Shown: positions 56,175 through 64,000 of the stretch, one piece after another
Numbering within the stretch: position 1 is the first letter of the stretch
Layout: the number at the start of each line of letters is the position of its first letter
Assembly: GCA_028713555.1 (NCBI GenBank)
Contig: JAQTOA010000014.1
Location: forward strand, 20,974-84,973
DNA length: 64,000 nt
Reading direction: 5' to 3'
Origin: Sterolibacterium sp.
GTDB taxonomy: Bacteria > Pseudomonadota > Gammaproteobacteria > Burkholderiales > Rhodocyclaceae
Position numbers and translations under genes: made by a program
Notes under the pieces: generated by a model
Database searches by the model: none
What the model was told of the DNA's origin: nothing
What the model saw: only the letters and a program-made list of their open reading frames with translations

Positions 56175-57440
56175 ATGACGAACCCATTTAAGAAGCGTAC
56201 CGCGATGCGCATTGCCGGCGTCAGCATTCTTCTGGCCTCGATCGCCAGCCCGGTGTCGTGGTTTGTGGCGCGCGAAAGCGCAGAGGAAAGCATCGTTTCC
56301 CTGGCCATCGAAGAATCGGGCCGATTGCTGCACCATCACAACGCGATCGATCTCTCCGGCCCCGGCGCCGCCGAGCACGCCACCGATGCAGCCAGAACCA
56401 TTTCCGGCGGTTTGTTCGATATCGCCGAAATTTACGACGCCAAAGGCATCAAGCTTGCCGAAGCGATGACCAAGGAGGGCGAGGCGGTCGAATCGTCCCT
56501 GCCGAAACATAGGATGCCGAACTACACCGCCGCGTCTTATGAAAGCCTGAAGCTGCCAGGCATGCCATGGGTTCTGCGGGTCTTCGTCCCGCTGCGGAAT
56601 TCGGCGACCGATACGAGCTTGCCGATTACGGGCTATTTCGAGGGGATACGCGTGGTACCGGAATGGCAAATGGAGCAAATCTTCACAAGTTCCCTGGCGG
56701 TGGCGGTGATGGTCTGTTTTGCATCCTTGCTCTGCGGCGCGGCGATCTATCCCGTGGTGATCCACCTATCCGCGGATAACGAGCGCAAGGCGCGCGAAGT
56801 GCTCGATTCGCATATTTCGATGATGGAAGCCCTGGGCCGCGCCATAGCCAAGCGCGATTCCGATACCGGCGCGCACAATTACCGCGTCGCCTGGATCGCC
56901 GCGCGCATCGCCGAGCGCATGGGCTTGAAAGGAAGCGCCATGCAGGCCCTGATTGCCGGCAGCTTTCTGCACGACGTGGGCAAGATCGGGATTCCCGATG
57001 CAATCCTGCTCAAACCCGGGAAGCTGGATGATGCGGAGTTATCCACCATGCGTACCCACGTCGAGCAGGGCGAAACGATCGTTACCGGCATGGGCTGGCT
57101 GGATGGCGCCAACGCGGTCGTAGCGGCTCATCACGAAAAATGGGATGGCACTGGTTACCCGCGCAGACTGAAGGAGCAGGCGATACCGCTGGCGGCGCGC
57201 ATCTTTTCCGTTGCCGATGTGTTTGACGCGCTCTGTTCCAAACGCCCCTACAAGGAACCCATGGGATTCGAGGCGGTGATGGCGATTCTGGAAAAAGATA
57301 CGGGCAGCCATTTCGATCCGTCGGTCATGGACGTGTTCCGACCCTTGGCCTTGGCGGTCTTCAATCGGTTGGCAAACAGTAGCGAAAGCGACGGACGCCA
57401 ACTTTTAGAAGAGCGGGTACGGCAGCACTTTGAGATGTGA
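56175..57440 (+). CDS. HD-GYP domain c-di-GMP phosphodiesterase with membrane-anchored sensor region
   Basis: Has HDVGKIGIPDAILLKPGKL and HHEKWDGTGYPRRL motifs. The N-terminal part has two hydrophobic segments flanking a loop of about 150 aa. Confidence 0.9.
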   Translation: MTNPFKKRTAMRIAGVSILLASIASPVSWFVARESAEESIVSLAIEESGRLLHHHNAIDLSGPGAAEHATDAARTISGGLFDIAEIYDAKGIKLAEAMTKEGEAVESSLPKHRMPNYTAASYESLKLPGMPWVLRVFVPLRNSATDTSLPITGYFEGIRVVPEWQMEQIFTSSLAVAVMVCFASLLCGAAIYPVVIHLSADNERKAREVLDSHISMMEALGRAIAKRDSDTGAHNYRVAWIAARIAERMGLKGSAMQALIAGSFLHDVGKIGIPDAILLKPGKLDDAELSTMRTHVEQGETIVTGMGWLDGANAVVAAHHEKWDGTGYPRRLKEQAIPLAARIFSVADVFDALCSKRPYKEPMGFEAVMAILEKDTGSHFDPSVMDVFRPLALAVFNRLANSSESDGRQLLEERVRQHFEM

Positions 57441-57544
57441 CTCTGCCAGCACCGATTATTCGACTTGGAATTGTCTTTACTGTCACTTGCATCGGGAGCA
57501 AGTAGAATCAGGCTTCGTTTTGTCATTACGCCAAGGAGCTCATC

Positions 57545-58051
57545 GTGCGCAAATTCATCCTCCTAATCCTAACTATTGCAGTCGGAACAGGCATTGCGGT
57601 CTCTGCCCACGCCATGAAGCCCGGCTTGTGGGAAATTACTACCCAGATGAGCGGCGCTGGCATGCCGGCGATGCCGGCTATTTCAGGCGCCCAGCGCAAG
57701 CAGATGGAAGCCATGGGCATCAAGATGCCAGGTGCTTCCGGCGGGGGGATGGGTATCGTGGTGAAACAGTGCGTCACCAAGGAGCAGGCCGAGAAACGTC
57801 AGCCGTTGCAGACCGAGGAAGACCGTCGCCAGCGTTGCGAACAGAAAGATGTGAAGGTTTCGGGCAACACAGTGACGTGGAAGATAGAGTGCAGTGGAGA
57901 ACAGAAGATGACTGGCACGGGTTCGATCACCCACCAAGGTGAGGAAAGCTACCATGGTGAATCCACGTTCAACATGCAGGATGCCAAGCGTGGCCCGACC
58001 ACCATGAAACAGAATTACTCGGCCAAGTGGCTGGCAACAGCCTGCAAGTAG
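57545..58051 (+). CDS. DUF3617-like secreted protein
   Basis: The GTG start has AAGGAG upstream. After a signal peptide it reads MKPGLWEITTQM...KQCVTKEQ...C...C, a pattern resembling DUF3617. Confidence 0.6.
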   Translation: MRKFILLILTIAVGTGIAVSAHAMKPGLWEITTQMSGAGMPAMPAISGAQRKQMEAMGIKMPGASGGGMGIVVKQCVTKEQAEKRQPLQTEEDRRQRCEQKDVKVSGNTVTWKIECSGEQKMTGTGSITHQGEESYHGESTFNMQDAKRGPTTMKQNYSAKWLATACK

Positions 58052-58100
58052 TCGGGTAGTCGATTGGTCAGCGCAGAGAGGGTTCGTGCGCGATGCTACC

Positions 58101-58137
58101 GAAATAGAAAAGCCAGCTGCCCACCTGGGAGCTGGCT
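58101..58137 (-). terminator. rho-independent terminator after the small repeat-protein gene
   Basis: Stem agccagct / agctggct plus inner GC pairs (58111-58137). On the minus strand it is followed by TTTCTATTTC. Confidence 0.6.
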
Positions 58138-58156
58138 TCGGTATCGGAAATACGAC

Positions 58157-58477
58157 TTACTTTCCGCCTATGACGCCGGCTTCGTTAGCCGCGGTGTTAT
58201 TTTTGCCAACGGCAACTGCAGTAGCGTTCTTTTGAGTGGCCTTGATCTTGGTGTTTCCCTGAATCTGTGTGCCGCCCTTGATAGCACCGGCGGTGTTCTT
58301 GGCCGTGTTGCCTTCACCGACTGCGACAGCGGCGGTGTTCTCCTGGCTTGCCTTGATCTCGGTGTTGCCCTGGATCTGCACGCCCTGCGCATTCGAAGAT
58401 GACTGTTTGGCCTGACCGAAAGCCAGCGTGGATAACACAGCAGAAACCAGTGTAACGAGTACGAGTTGTTTGCGCAT
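58157..58477 (-). CDS. small secreted protein made of two 37-aa Gln/Asn/Gly/Ala/Thr-rich repeats
   Basis: The signal peptide is MRKQLVLVTLVSAVLSTLAFGQA. The repeats are GVQIQGNTEIKASQENTAAVAVGEGNTAKNTAGAIKG and GTQIQGNTKIKATQKNATAVAVGKNNTAANEAGVIGG (24 of 37 identical by my count). GGGAGA lies upstream. Confidence 0.7.
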   Translation of the reverse strand: MRKQLVLVTLVSAVLSTLAFGQAKQSSSNAQGVQIQGNTEIKASQENTAAVAVGEGNTAKNTAGAIKGGTQIQGNTKIKATQKNATAVAVGKNNTAANEAGVIGGK

Positions 58478-58548
58478 TTGATCATCTCCCGTTAATTAAT
58501 AAAAAGAACTCGCCAATGGCTGGCGACACCCGATTAACGCATAACGAC

Positions 58549-58577
58549 AATATAAGTTGACCTCACGCAGCGTGCAA
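58549..58577 (-). promoter_or_regulatory. sigma70-like promoter for the small repeat-protein gene
   Basis: The minus strand reads TTGCAC (58577-58572), a 17-nt spacer, then TATATT (58554-58549), about 70 nt upstream of the ATG at 58477. Confidence 0.35.
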
Positions 58578-58725
58578 TTGTGTTTTCTCCGACCAACCCG
58601 TCGGGCTGTTCTTCATTCTTGGCCGCGACCAGACGGGCCACCTGGATAGGTCTCGGTGCTTTTATGCAACCTTTCAAGCTGGCGGCGCAGGGCACGGGCC
58701 TCGCTGCCTGCGCGCTAGGCAATGA

Positions 58726-59409
58726 TCACCTGGCGCGCACCAACTGGGAGGCACGAGCCAGGTAATTGACTACCGCGAAGCCGCTCCAGATATGCACCAG
58801 GCGGGTGAAGGGGAAGATCAGGAAAATCGTCAGGCCGATGAACAGGTGCAGCTTGAACAGGATCGAGATGTCGGACAGGAAATCGGCGGCGCCGCCGCGG
58901 AAAGTCCAGATATGCTGCGCCCATTCCACCAGCTTGACCATTTCGCCGCCATCCAGATGCTGCAATGACACCGGAATGGTCAGCAGCCCCAGCGCCAGTT
59001 GCGCCGCCAACAGCAGGATGATGAAAATATCCATCGGTTTGCTGTTGCGCAGGATGCGCTCATCGGCCAGCCGCCGCTGGACCAGCAACAAGGCGCCGAT
59101 CAGGCCGATGACCCCACAAGCGCCGCCGCCGTAGATTGCGATTAGTTGCTTGTTGGCCATCGAGACGCCAAGCACATGCCACACTTCCAGCGGCGTCAGC
59201 AAGCCGCCGATATGGCCGAAGAAAATGCCCAGCACGCCGATGTGGAACAGGTTGCTGCCCCAACGCAGGCTGCCTTGCCGCAACAGCTGGGAGGAGTCGC
59301 TTTTCCAGGTGTATTGATCGCGATCGAAGCGGATCAGGCTGGCGACGAAGAAAACCGCCAGGCAGATGTACGGGTAGATGCCGAAGACGAAAGTATTGAG
59401 TGCGCTCAT
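58726..59409 (-). CDS. narI: respiratory nitrate reductase gamma subunit
   Basis: 227 aa from MSALNTFVFGIYPYICLAVFFVASLIRFDRDQYTWKS, with GGGAGGG upstream and an ATGA overlap with narJ. It has five TM segments with conserved His. Confidence 0.93.
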   Translation of the reverse strand: MSALNTFVFGIYPYICLAVFFVASLIRFDRDQYTWKSDSSQLLRQGSLRWGSNLFHIGVLGIFFGHIGGLLTPLEVWHVLGVSMANKQLIAIYGGGACGVIGLIGALLLVQRRLADERILRNSKPMDIFIILLLAAQLALGLLTIPVSLQHLDGGEMVKLVEWAQHIWTFRGGAADFLSDISILFKLHLFIGLTIFLIFPFTRLVHIWSGFAVVNYLARASQLVRAR

Positions 59410-60098
59410 GCCACCCTCCCTTGAAATTTGATGACTTGTTCGGATTTTTTTTTGGGTGCGTGATTTGGTGAACACGCGCCGAGGAAGTCTACGGGTTGAT
59501 CCAGCCAGGCCTGGTCGATGGCTTCCAGGCTGGTGTCTTCCGGGACCGGCGCGCCTTCGCGATTGGCCAGCAACTGGCCGGGATGCTTCTCGCCGGCCAG
59601 ACGCAGCAGGGCCTGGAATACCGCCGCATAGGGGCTGGCGCGGCGCGTCAGGGTGGCGCCGATGGTTTCTACCAGATGCTGGATTTCCTGCAACTGCTGC
59701 TTCGCCTCCGTCTCGTCGAGCAGCGAGAGAAATTCGAGGAATACCGGCAGGTGATCGGGCAAATCGCGCACTGACAATTCCAGATCCTTGGTCCGATAGA
59801 GTTCCAGCAGGTCGACCATGGCCTGTCCGCGATCGCGCGAATCGCCATGGACATGTTCGAACAGGTTCAGCGAGGCCGCGCTGCCGCGATCGAAAGTGTC
59901 GATGTAGGCGGATTCTGAATCCATCAGGTCGCGTTGTCGAAGTTCATCGAGAAGTGCTGTCAGCGCGCCGCGATCTTCAATGTGCAAACGTTTGTCGGCG
60001 GCGAACACCTGTTCCAGTTCATCCAGATGCTCCGGCAGCGCAGCGCCCGGATAAGAGAGCAGCGCCGAGAGGGCGCGATAAGTGTGGCCGGGGTTCAT
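59406..60098 (-). CDS. narJ: nitrate reductase molybdenum cofactor assembly chaperone
   Basis: 230 aa from MNPGHTYRALSALLSYP...AYIDTFDRGSAASLNLFEHVHGDSRDRGQAMVDL. It is coupled to narH (TGATG). The rest of the 409-aa ORF is an upstream extension into narH. Confidence 0.9.
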   Translation of the reverse strand: MNPGHTYRALSALLSYPGAALPEHLDELEQVFAADKRLHIEDRGALTALLDELRQRDLMDSESAYIDTFDRGSAASLNLFEHVHGDSRDRGQAMVDLLELYRTKDLELSVRDLPDHLPVFLEFLSLLDETEAKQQLQEIQHLVETIGATLTRRASPYAAVFQALLRLAGEKHPGQLLANREGAPVPEDTSLEAIDQAWLDQPVDFLGACSPNHAPKKKSEQVIKFQGRVA

Positions 60099-61639
60099 CA
60101 ACTGGCCTCCTTGATCTTGATGACGCGCTGCTTGACCTTCTTGCCGTGGCTGCTGGAGCCGAACAGGCTGGGTTCCGAAGTGCCGTCGGAGCAACCATTG
60201 CCGAACGAGAAACCGCAGCCGCCGCGCAGGTCGTAAGCGTTTTCCACATACTCGCGGTGGGTGGTGGGGATCACGAAGCGGTCTTCGTAATTGGCGATGG
60301 CCATGATGTGATACATCTCCTCGACCTGTTCCAGGGTGATGCCGACCTGCTTCAGCGCCGCGTCGTTGGCTTTCTGCTCGACATGGCGGTCGCGCATGAA
60401 GGCGCGCATCGCCAGCAGGCGTTCGAGAGCCCGGATCACCGGCGCCTCGTCGCCGGCGGTCAGCAGGTTGGCGAGATACTTCACCGGGATGCGCAATTGC
60501 CGCACATCGGGAATCGCGCCGTTGATGCCCATTTGTCCGCTGTTGGCGGCCGACTGGATCGGCGAGAGCGGCGGCACGTACCAGACCATCGGCAAGGTGC
60601 GGTACTCGGGATGCAGGGGCAGGGCCACGCGCCAATCCATGGCCATCTTGTACACCGGGGAATTCCTTGCCGCCGTCAGCCAGGCCTCGGGGATGCCATC
60701 CAGGCGTGCCTGAGCCTGCACGGCGGGGTCATTGGGATTGAGGAACATGCCGAGCTGCGCGTCATAGATATCTTGTTCATTGGCCACCGAGGCGGCCGCC
60801 TCGATCTTGTCGGCATCGTAGAGCAGCACGCCGAGGTAGCGGATGCGGCCGACGCAGGTTTCCGAGCATACCGTCGGCTGGCCCGCTTCGATGCGTGGGT
60901 AGCAGAAGATGCACTTCTCGGCCTTGCCGCTTTCCCAGTTGTAGTAAATCTTCTTGTAGGGGCAGGCGGAGACGCACATGCGCCAGCCGCGGCACTTGTC
61001 CTGGTCGATCAGCACGATGCCGTCTTCCTCGCGCTTGTAGATCGAGCCCGAAGGACAGGATGCGACGCAGGCGGGATTCAGGCAGTGCTCGCAGAGGCGC
61101 GGCATGTACATCATGAAGGTGTTTTCGAACTGGCCGTAGATCTCTTTCTGCACTTCCTCGAAATTGACGTCATGGTTGCGCTTGGCGAATTCGCCACCGA
61201 GCAGTTCCTCCCAGTTCGGACCCCACTCGATCTTCTCCATGCGGCGGCCAGAGATCAGGCTGCGCGGGCGCGCCACGGGCGTTGCCTTGCTCTCGGGCGA
61301 CGTCTGCAAATGCTCGTAGTCGAAGGTGAACGGTTCGTAGTAGTCATCGATTTGCGGCATGTTGGGATTGGCGAAGAGTTTCGCCAGAACCGACAGTTTG
61401 CCGCCCTGGCGCGGCTCGATCTTGCCGTTGTCCTTGAGTTTCCAGCCGCCATTCCAGACATTCTGGTTTTCCCACTGCTTGGGATAGCCGATGCCGGGCT
61501 TGGTCTCGACGTTGTTGAACCAGGCGTACTCCATGCCGGGGCGATTGGTCCACACGTTCTTGCAGGTCACCGAGCAGGTGTGACAGCCGATGCACTTGTC
61601 CAGGTTGAGGACCATGCCGATTTGCGCCCTGATTTTCAT
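60098..61639 (-). CDS. narH: respiratory nitrate reductase beta subunit
   Basis: 513 aa from MKIRAQIGMVLNLDKCIGCHTCSVTCKNVW. It has four Fe-S cluster Cys groups and an ATGA overlap with narG. Confidence 0.95.
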   Translation of the reverse strand: MKIRAQIGMVLNLDKCIGCHTCSVTCKNVWTNRPGMEYAWFNNVETKPGIGYPKQWENQNVWNGGWKLKDNGKIEPRQGGKLSVLAKLFANPNMPQIDDYYEPFTFDYEHLQTSPESKATPVARPRSLISGRRMEKIEWGPNWEELLGGEFAKRNHDVNFEEVQKEIYGQFENTFMMYMPRLCEHCLNPACVASCPSGSIYKREEDGIVLIDQDKCRGWRMCVSACPYKKIYYNWESGKAEKCIFCYPRIEAGQPTVCSETCVGRIRYLGVLLYDADKIEAAASVANEQDIYDAQLGMFLNPNDPAVQAQARLDGIPEAWLTAARNSPVYKMAMDWRVALPLHPEYRTLPMVWYVPPLSPIQSAANSGQMGINGAIPDVRQLRIPVKYLANLLTAGDEAPVIRALERLLAMRAFMRDRHVEQKANDAALKQVGITLEQVEEMYHIMAIANYEDRFVIPTTHREYVENAYDLRGGCGFSFGNGCSDGTSEPSLFGSSSHGKKVKQRVIKIKEAS

Positions 61640-64000
61640 GCTGGCACTCCTTCCTGCGCCATCGGCTGATCGAGCCAGTCCACCTTGTTCATCTTGCGCA
61701 CGATGACGAATTCGTCGCGGTTGGTGCCGATGGTGCCGTAATAATTGAATCCGTAGGAAAGCTGGGCATAGCCGCCGATCATGTGGGTGGGCTTGAGCAC
61801 GATGCGGGTGACCGAGTTGTGGATGCCGCCACGATTGCCGGTGACTTCCGATCCAGGCGTATTCACGGTTTTTTCCTGGGCGTGATACATCATGCACATG
61901 CCGGGTTTGACGCGCTGGCTGACCACCGCTCGCGCTGCAATCGCGCCATTGACGTTGTAGAGCTCGATCCAGTCGTTGTCGACGATGCCGACCTGCTTGG
62001 CATCGTCTTCCGACAGCCAGACGATCGGCCCGCCGCGCGACAGCGTGAGCATCATCAGGTTGTCGGTGTAGGTCGAGTGGATGCCCCACTTCTGGTGCGG
62101 GGTGATGAAATTCAGCACGATCTCGGAGTTGCCGTTGTCCTTCTGGCCCTGGATCGGATGCACGGTCTTCAGATCGACGGGCGGCTTGTAGACGCACATC
62201 CCTTCGCCGAAACCCAGCATCCATTTATGGTCCTGGTAGAACTGCTGGCGGCCGGAAAGCGTGCGCCAGGGGATCAATTCATGCACATTGGTATAGCCGG
62301 CGTTGTAGGAGACATGCTCGTCCTCTAACCCAGACCAGGTCGGCGAGGAAATGATCTTGCGCGGCTGCGCCTGGATGTCGCGGAAGCGGATTTTTTCGTG
62401 CTCCTTGCCGAGCGCCAAGTGGTCATGTCCGCGGCCGGTGATCTTCGACAGCGCCTGCCAGGCCTTGACCGCGACATGGCCGTTGGTTTCCGGCGCCAGC
62501 ATCAGGATGACTTCGCTGGCGTCGATGTCGCTCTGGATCTTCGCCATGCCCTTGGAGACGCCTTCCTCGCGCACCGTGCCGTTGAGTTCGCGCAGCGCCT
62601 GCACTTCGTCCTGGGTGTTCCAGGCGATGCCCTTGCCGCCGTTGCCGATCTTGTCCATGAGCGGGCCGAGAGCGGTGAAACGCTGGTAGGTGTTCGGGTA
62701 GTCGCGCGATACGACCAGCATGCCCGGTGCGGTTTTGCCGGGAACCAGGTCGCATTCGCCGCGCTTCCAGTCCTTGACGTTCAAGGCCTGCGCCAGCTCG
62801 GCCGGGGTGTCGTGCATCAGCGGCGTCAGCACCAGTTCCTGTTCGACGCCGAGATGGCCAACGCAGACTTCGGAGAATTTTTTCGCGAAACCCTTGTAGA
62901 TATCCCAGTCGCTCCTCGCTTCCCAGGCCGGGTCGACGGCCTGCGACAGCGGATGGATGAAGGGATGCATGTCCGAGGTGTTCAGGTCGTTCTTTTCGTA
63001 CCAGGTGGCGGTCGGCAGGACGATGTCGGAGTATAGGCAGGTGGTGCTCATGCGGAAGTCGAGCGTCACCAGGAGGTCCAGCTTGCCTTCTGGCGCTTGC
63101 TCGTGCCACACCACTTCCTGCGGCTTTTCGCCGCCGAAACCTCCGAGGTCCTTGCCCTGCACGCCGTGCGTGGTGCCCAGCAGATGTTTGAGGAAGTATT
63201 CGTGGCCCTTGCCCGATGAACCGAGAATATTGGAGCGCCAGACGAACATGTTGCGCGGGAAGTTCGCGGGATGATCCGGGTCTTCGCAGGACATCCGCAG
63301 CGTGCCGTCCTTGAGCGCCTTGACGGCATAGTCCTTGGGGTCCATGCCGAGGGCGGCGGCATCCTTCGCCACCTTCAACGGGTTGGTCTGCAATTGCGGC
63401 GCCGATGGCAGCCAGCCCATGCGTTCGGCGCGCACGTTGAAGTCGATGATGCTGCCCTCGAAATCCTTGGGATCGGCGGTCGGTGAGAGGATTTCCCTGA
63501 CTTTGAGTTTTTCGTAGCGCCACTGGTCGGTGTGCGCATAGAAGAACGAGGTCGAGTTCATCTGGCGCGGCGGGCGAATCCAGTCGAGGGCGAAGGCCAG
63601 CGCGGTCCAGCCGGTCTGCGGGCGCAGCTTTTCCTGGCCGACGTAATGCGCCCAGCCGCCGCCCGACTTGCCGATGCAGCCGCATATCATCAGCATGTTG
63701 ATGACGCCGCGATAATTCATGTCGCTGTGGTACCAGTGGTTCATCGCCGCGCCGATGATGATCATCGACTTGCCCTGCGTCTTGTGGGCGTTGTCGGCGA
63801 ACTGGCGCGCCACATTGATCACGTCGGCGCGCTTGACGCCGGTGATCTTCTCCTGCCAGGCCGGGGTGTAGGGTTGGTCGTCGTCGTAGCTGGCCGGAAC
63901 TGCCGTCCCGCCGAGGCCGCGATCGATGCCGTAGTTGGCCGCCAGCAGGTCGAACACCGTAGCCACCAACACCTGCCGGCCATCCTGGCCGAGCGGCAGG
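61636..64000 (-). CDS. narG: respiratory nitrate reductase alpha subunit (C-terminal ~790 aa; N-terminus outside window)
   Basis: The frame is open to the window edge. It shows typical NarG blocks: MIIIGAAMNHWYH, WRSNILGSSGKGHEYF and the C-terminal GGYAQLSYGFNYYGTIG. Confidence 0.95.
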   Translation of the reverse strand, partial: LPLGQDGRQVLVATVFDLLAANYGIDRGLGGTAVPASYDDDQPYTPAWQEKITGVKRADVINVARQFADNAHKTQGKSMIIIGAAMNHWYHSDMNYRGVINMLMICGCIGKSGGGWAHYVGQEKLRPQTGWTALAFALDWIRPPRQMNSTSFFYAHTDQWRYEKLKVREILSPTADPKDFEGSIIDFNVRAERMGWLPSAPQLQTNPLKVAKDAAALGMDPKDYAVKALKDGTLRMSCEDPDHPANFPRNMFVWRSNILGSSGKGHEYFLKHLLGTTHGVQGKDLGGFGGEKPQEVVWHEQAPEGKLDLLVTLDFRMSTTCLYSDIVLPTATWYEKNDLNTSDMHPFIHPLSQAVDPAWEARSDWDIYKGFAKKFSEVCVGHLGVEQELVLTPLMHDTPAELAQALNVKDWKRGECDLVPGKTAPGMLVVSRDYPNTYQRFTALGPLMDKIGNGGKGIAWNTQDEVQALRELNGTVREEGVSKGMAKIQSDIDASEVILMLAPETNGHVAVKAWQALSKITGRGHDHLALGKEHEKIRFRDIQAQPRKIISSPTWSGLEDEHVSYNAGYTNVHELIPWRTLSGRQQFYQDHKWMLGFGEGMCVYKPPVDLKTVHPIQGQKDNGNSEIVLNFITPHQKWGIHSTYTDNLMMLTLSRGGPIVWLSEDDAKQVGIVDNDWIELYNVNGAIAARAVVSQRVKPGMCMMYHAQEKTVNTPGSEVTGNRGGIHNSVTRIVLKPTHMIGGYAQLSYGFNYYGTIGTNRDEFVIVRKMNKVDWLDQPMAQEGVPA

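Noticed and set aside
58508-58526. A hairpin tcgcca-gccat-tggcga followed by a T-run on the minus strand, considered as the terminator of the narGHJI operon.
   Set aside because: The stem is only 6 bp. It lies 200 nt past narI and just 30 nt before the ribosome-binding site of the next gene, downstream of that gene's candidate promoter. It fits better as a possible 5'-UTR element and is too weak to annotate as a terminator.

Overview
About 64 kb of high-G+C chromosome. From gene content and order it looks betaproteobacterial, but that is inference only. Most of the window is recognisable core or housekeeping genes. These are pntAB transhydrogenase, a yhdP-like gene with a nitrilase-family gene and tldD lying divergent from glnE, argJ, kup, a class-I DAHP synthase, a PduO-type adenosyltransferase, a P-type cation ATPase, a TupABC-like tungstate/molybdate ABC cluster with a ModE-like regulator and a Mop protein, and the 3' part of a respiratory nitrate reductase operon (narG partial, narH, narJ, narI).

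The window also holds many signalling genes: PAS-GGDEF-EAL, HDOD, cNMP-GGDEF, HD-GYP, a soluble MCP-CZB chemoreceptor and two two-component systems. There are two SulP/STAS anion transporters and several secreted repeat proteins (Sel1, ankyrin, small orphan repeat proteins).

I recognised no rRNA, tRNA, CRISPR array, IS element or intact integrase.

Features that ordinary annotation would not explain:
(1) A roughly 1.5-kb AT-richer insert sits at the 3' end of argJ. It is flanked by a direct repeat that re-encodes the ArgJ C-terminus, and it carries a HigBA-like toxin-antitoxin pair whose toxin is frameshifted.
(2) A visibly lower-G+C three-gene cassette encodes an SGNH hydrolase, a secreted coiled-coil protein and a small membrane protein.
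(3) One SulP transporter has a coiled-coil insertion of about 130-140 aa between its two transport repeats, and is followed by a DUF2892 gene and a methyltransferase stub.
(4) A PmrAB/QseBC-like two-component module lies with a cytochrome b gene, a PmrA-box-like direct repeat and a divergent His/Asp-rich orphan protein.
(5) A 3 x 27-bp tandem stem-loop repeat lies between kup and a glycosyltransferase gene.
(6) There are at least six decayed genes (remnants or frameshifts), which is a lot for 64 kb.

All family calls come from motifs I read in the supplied translations. No database search or numerical computation was run.
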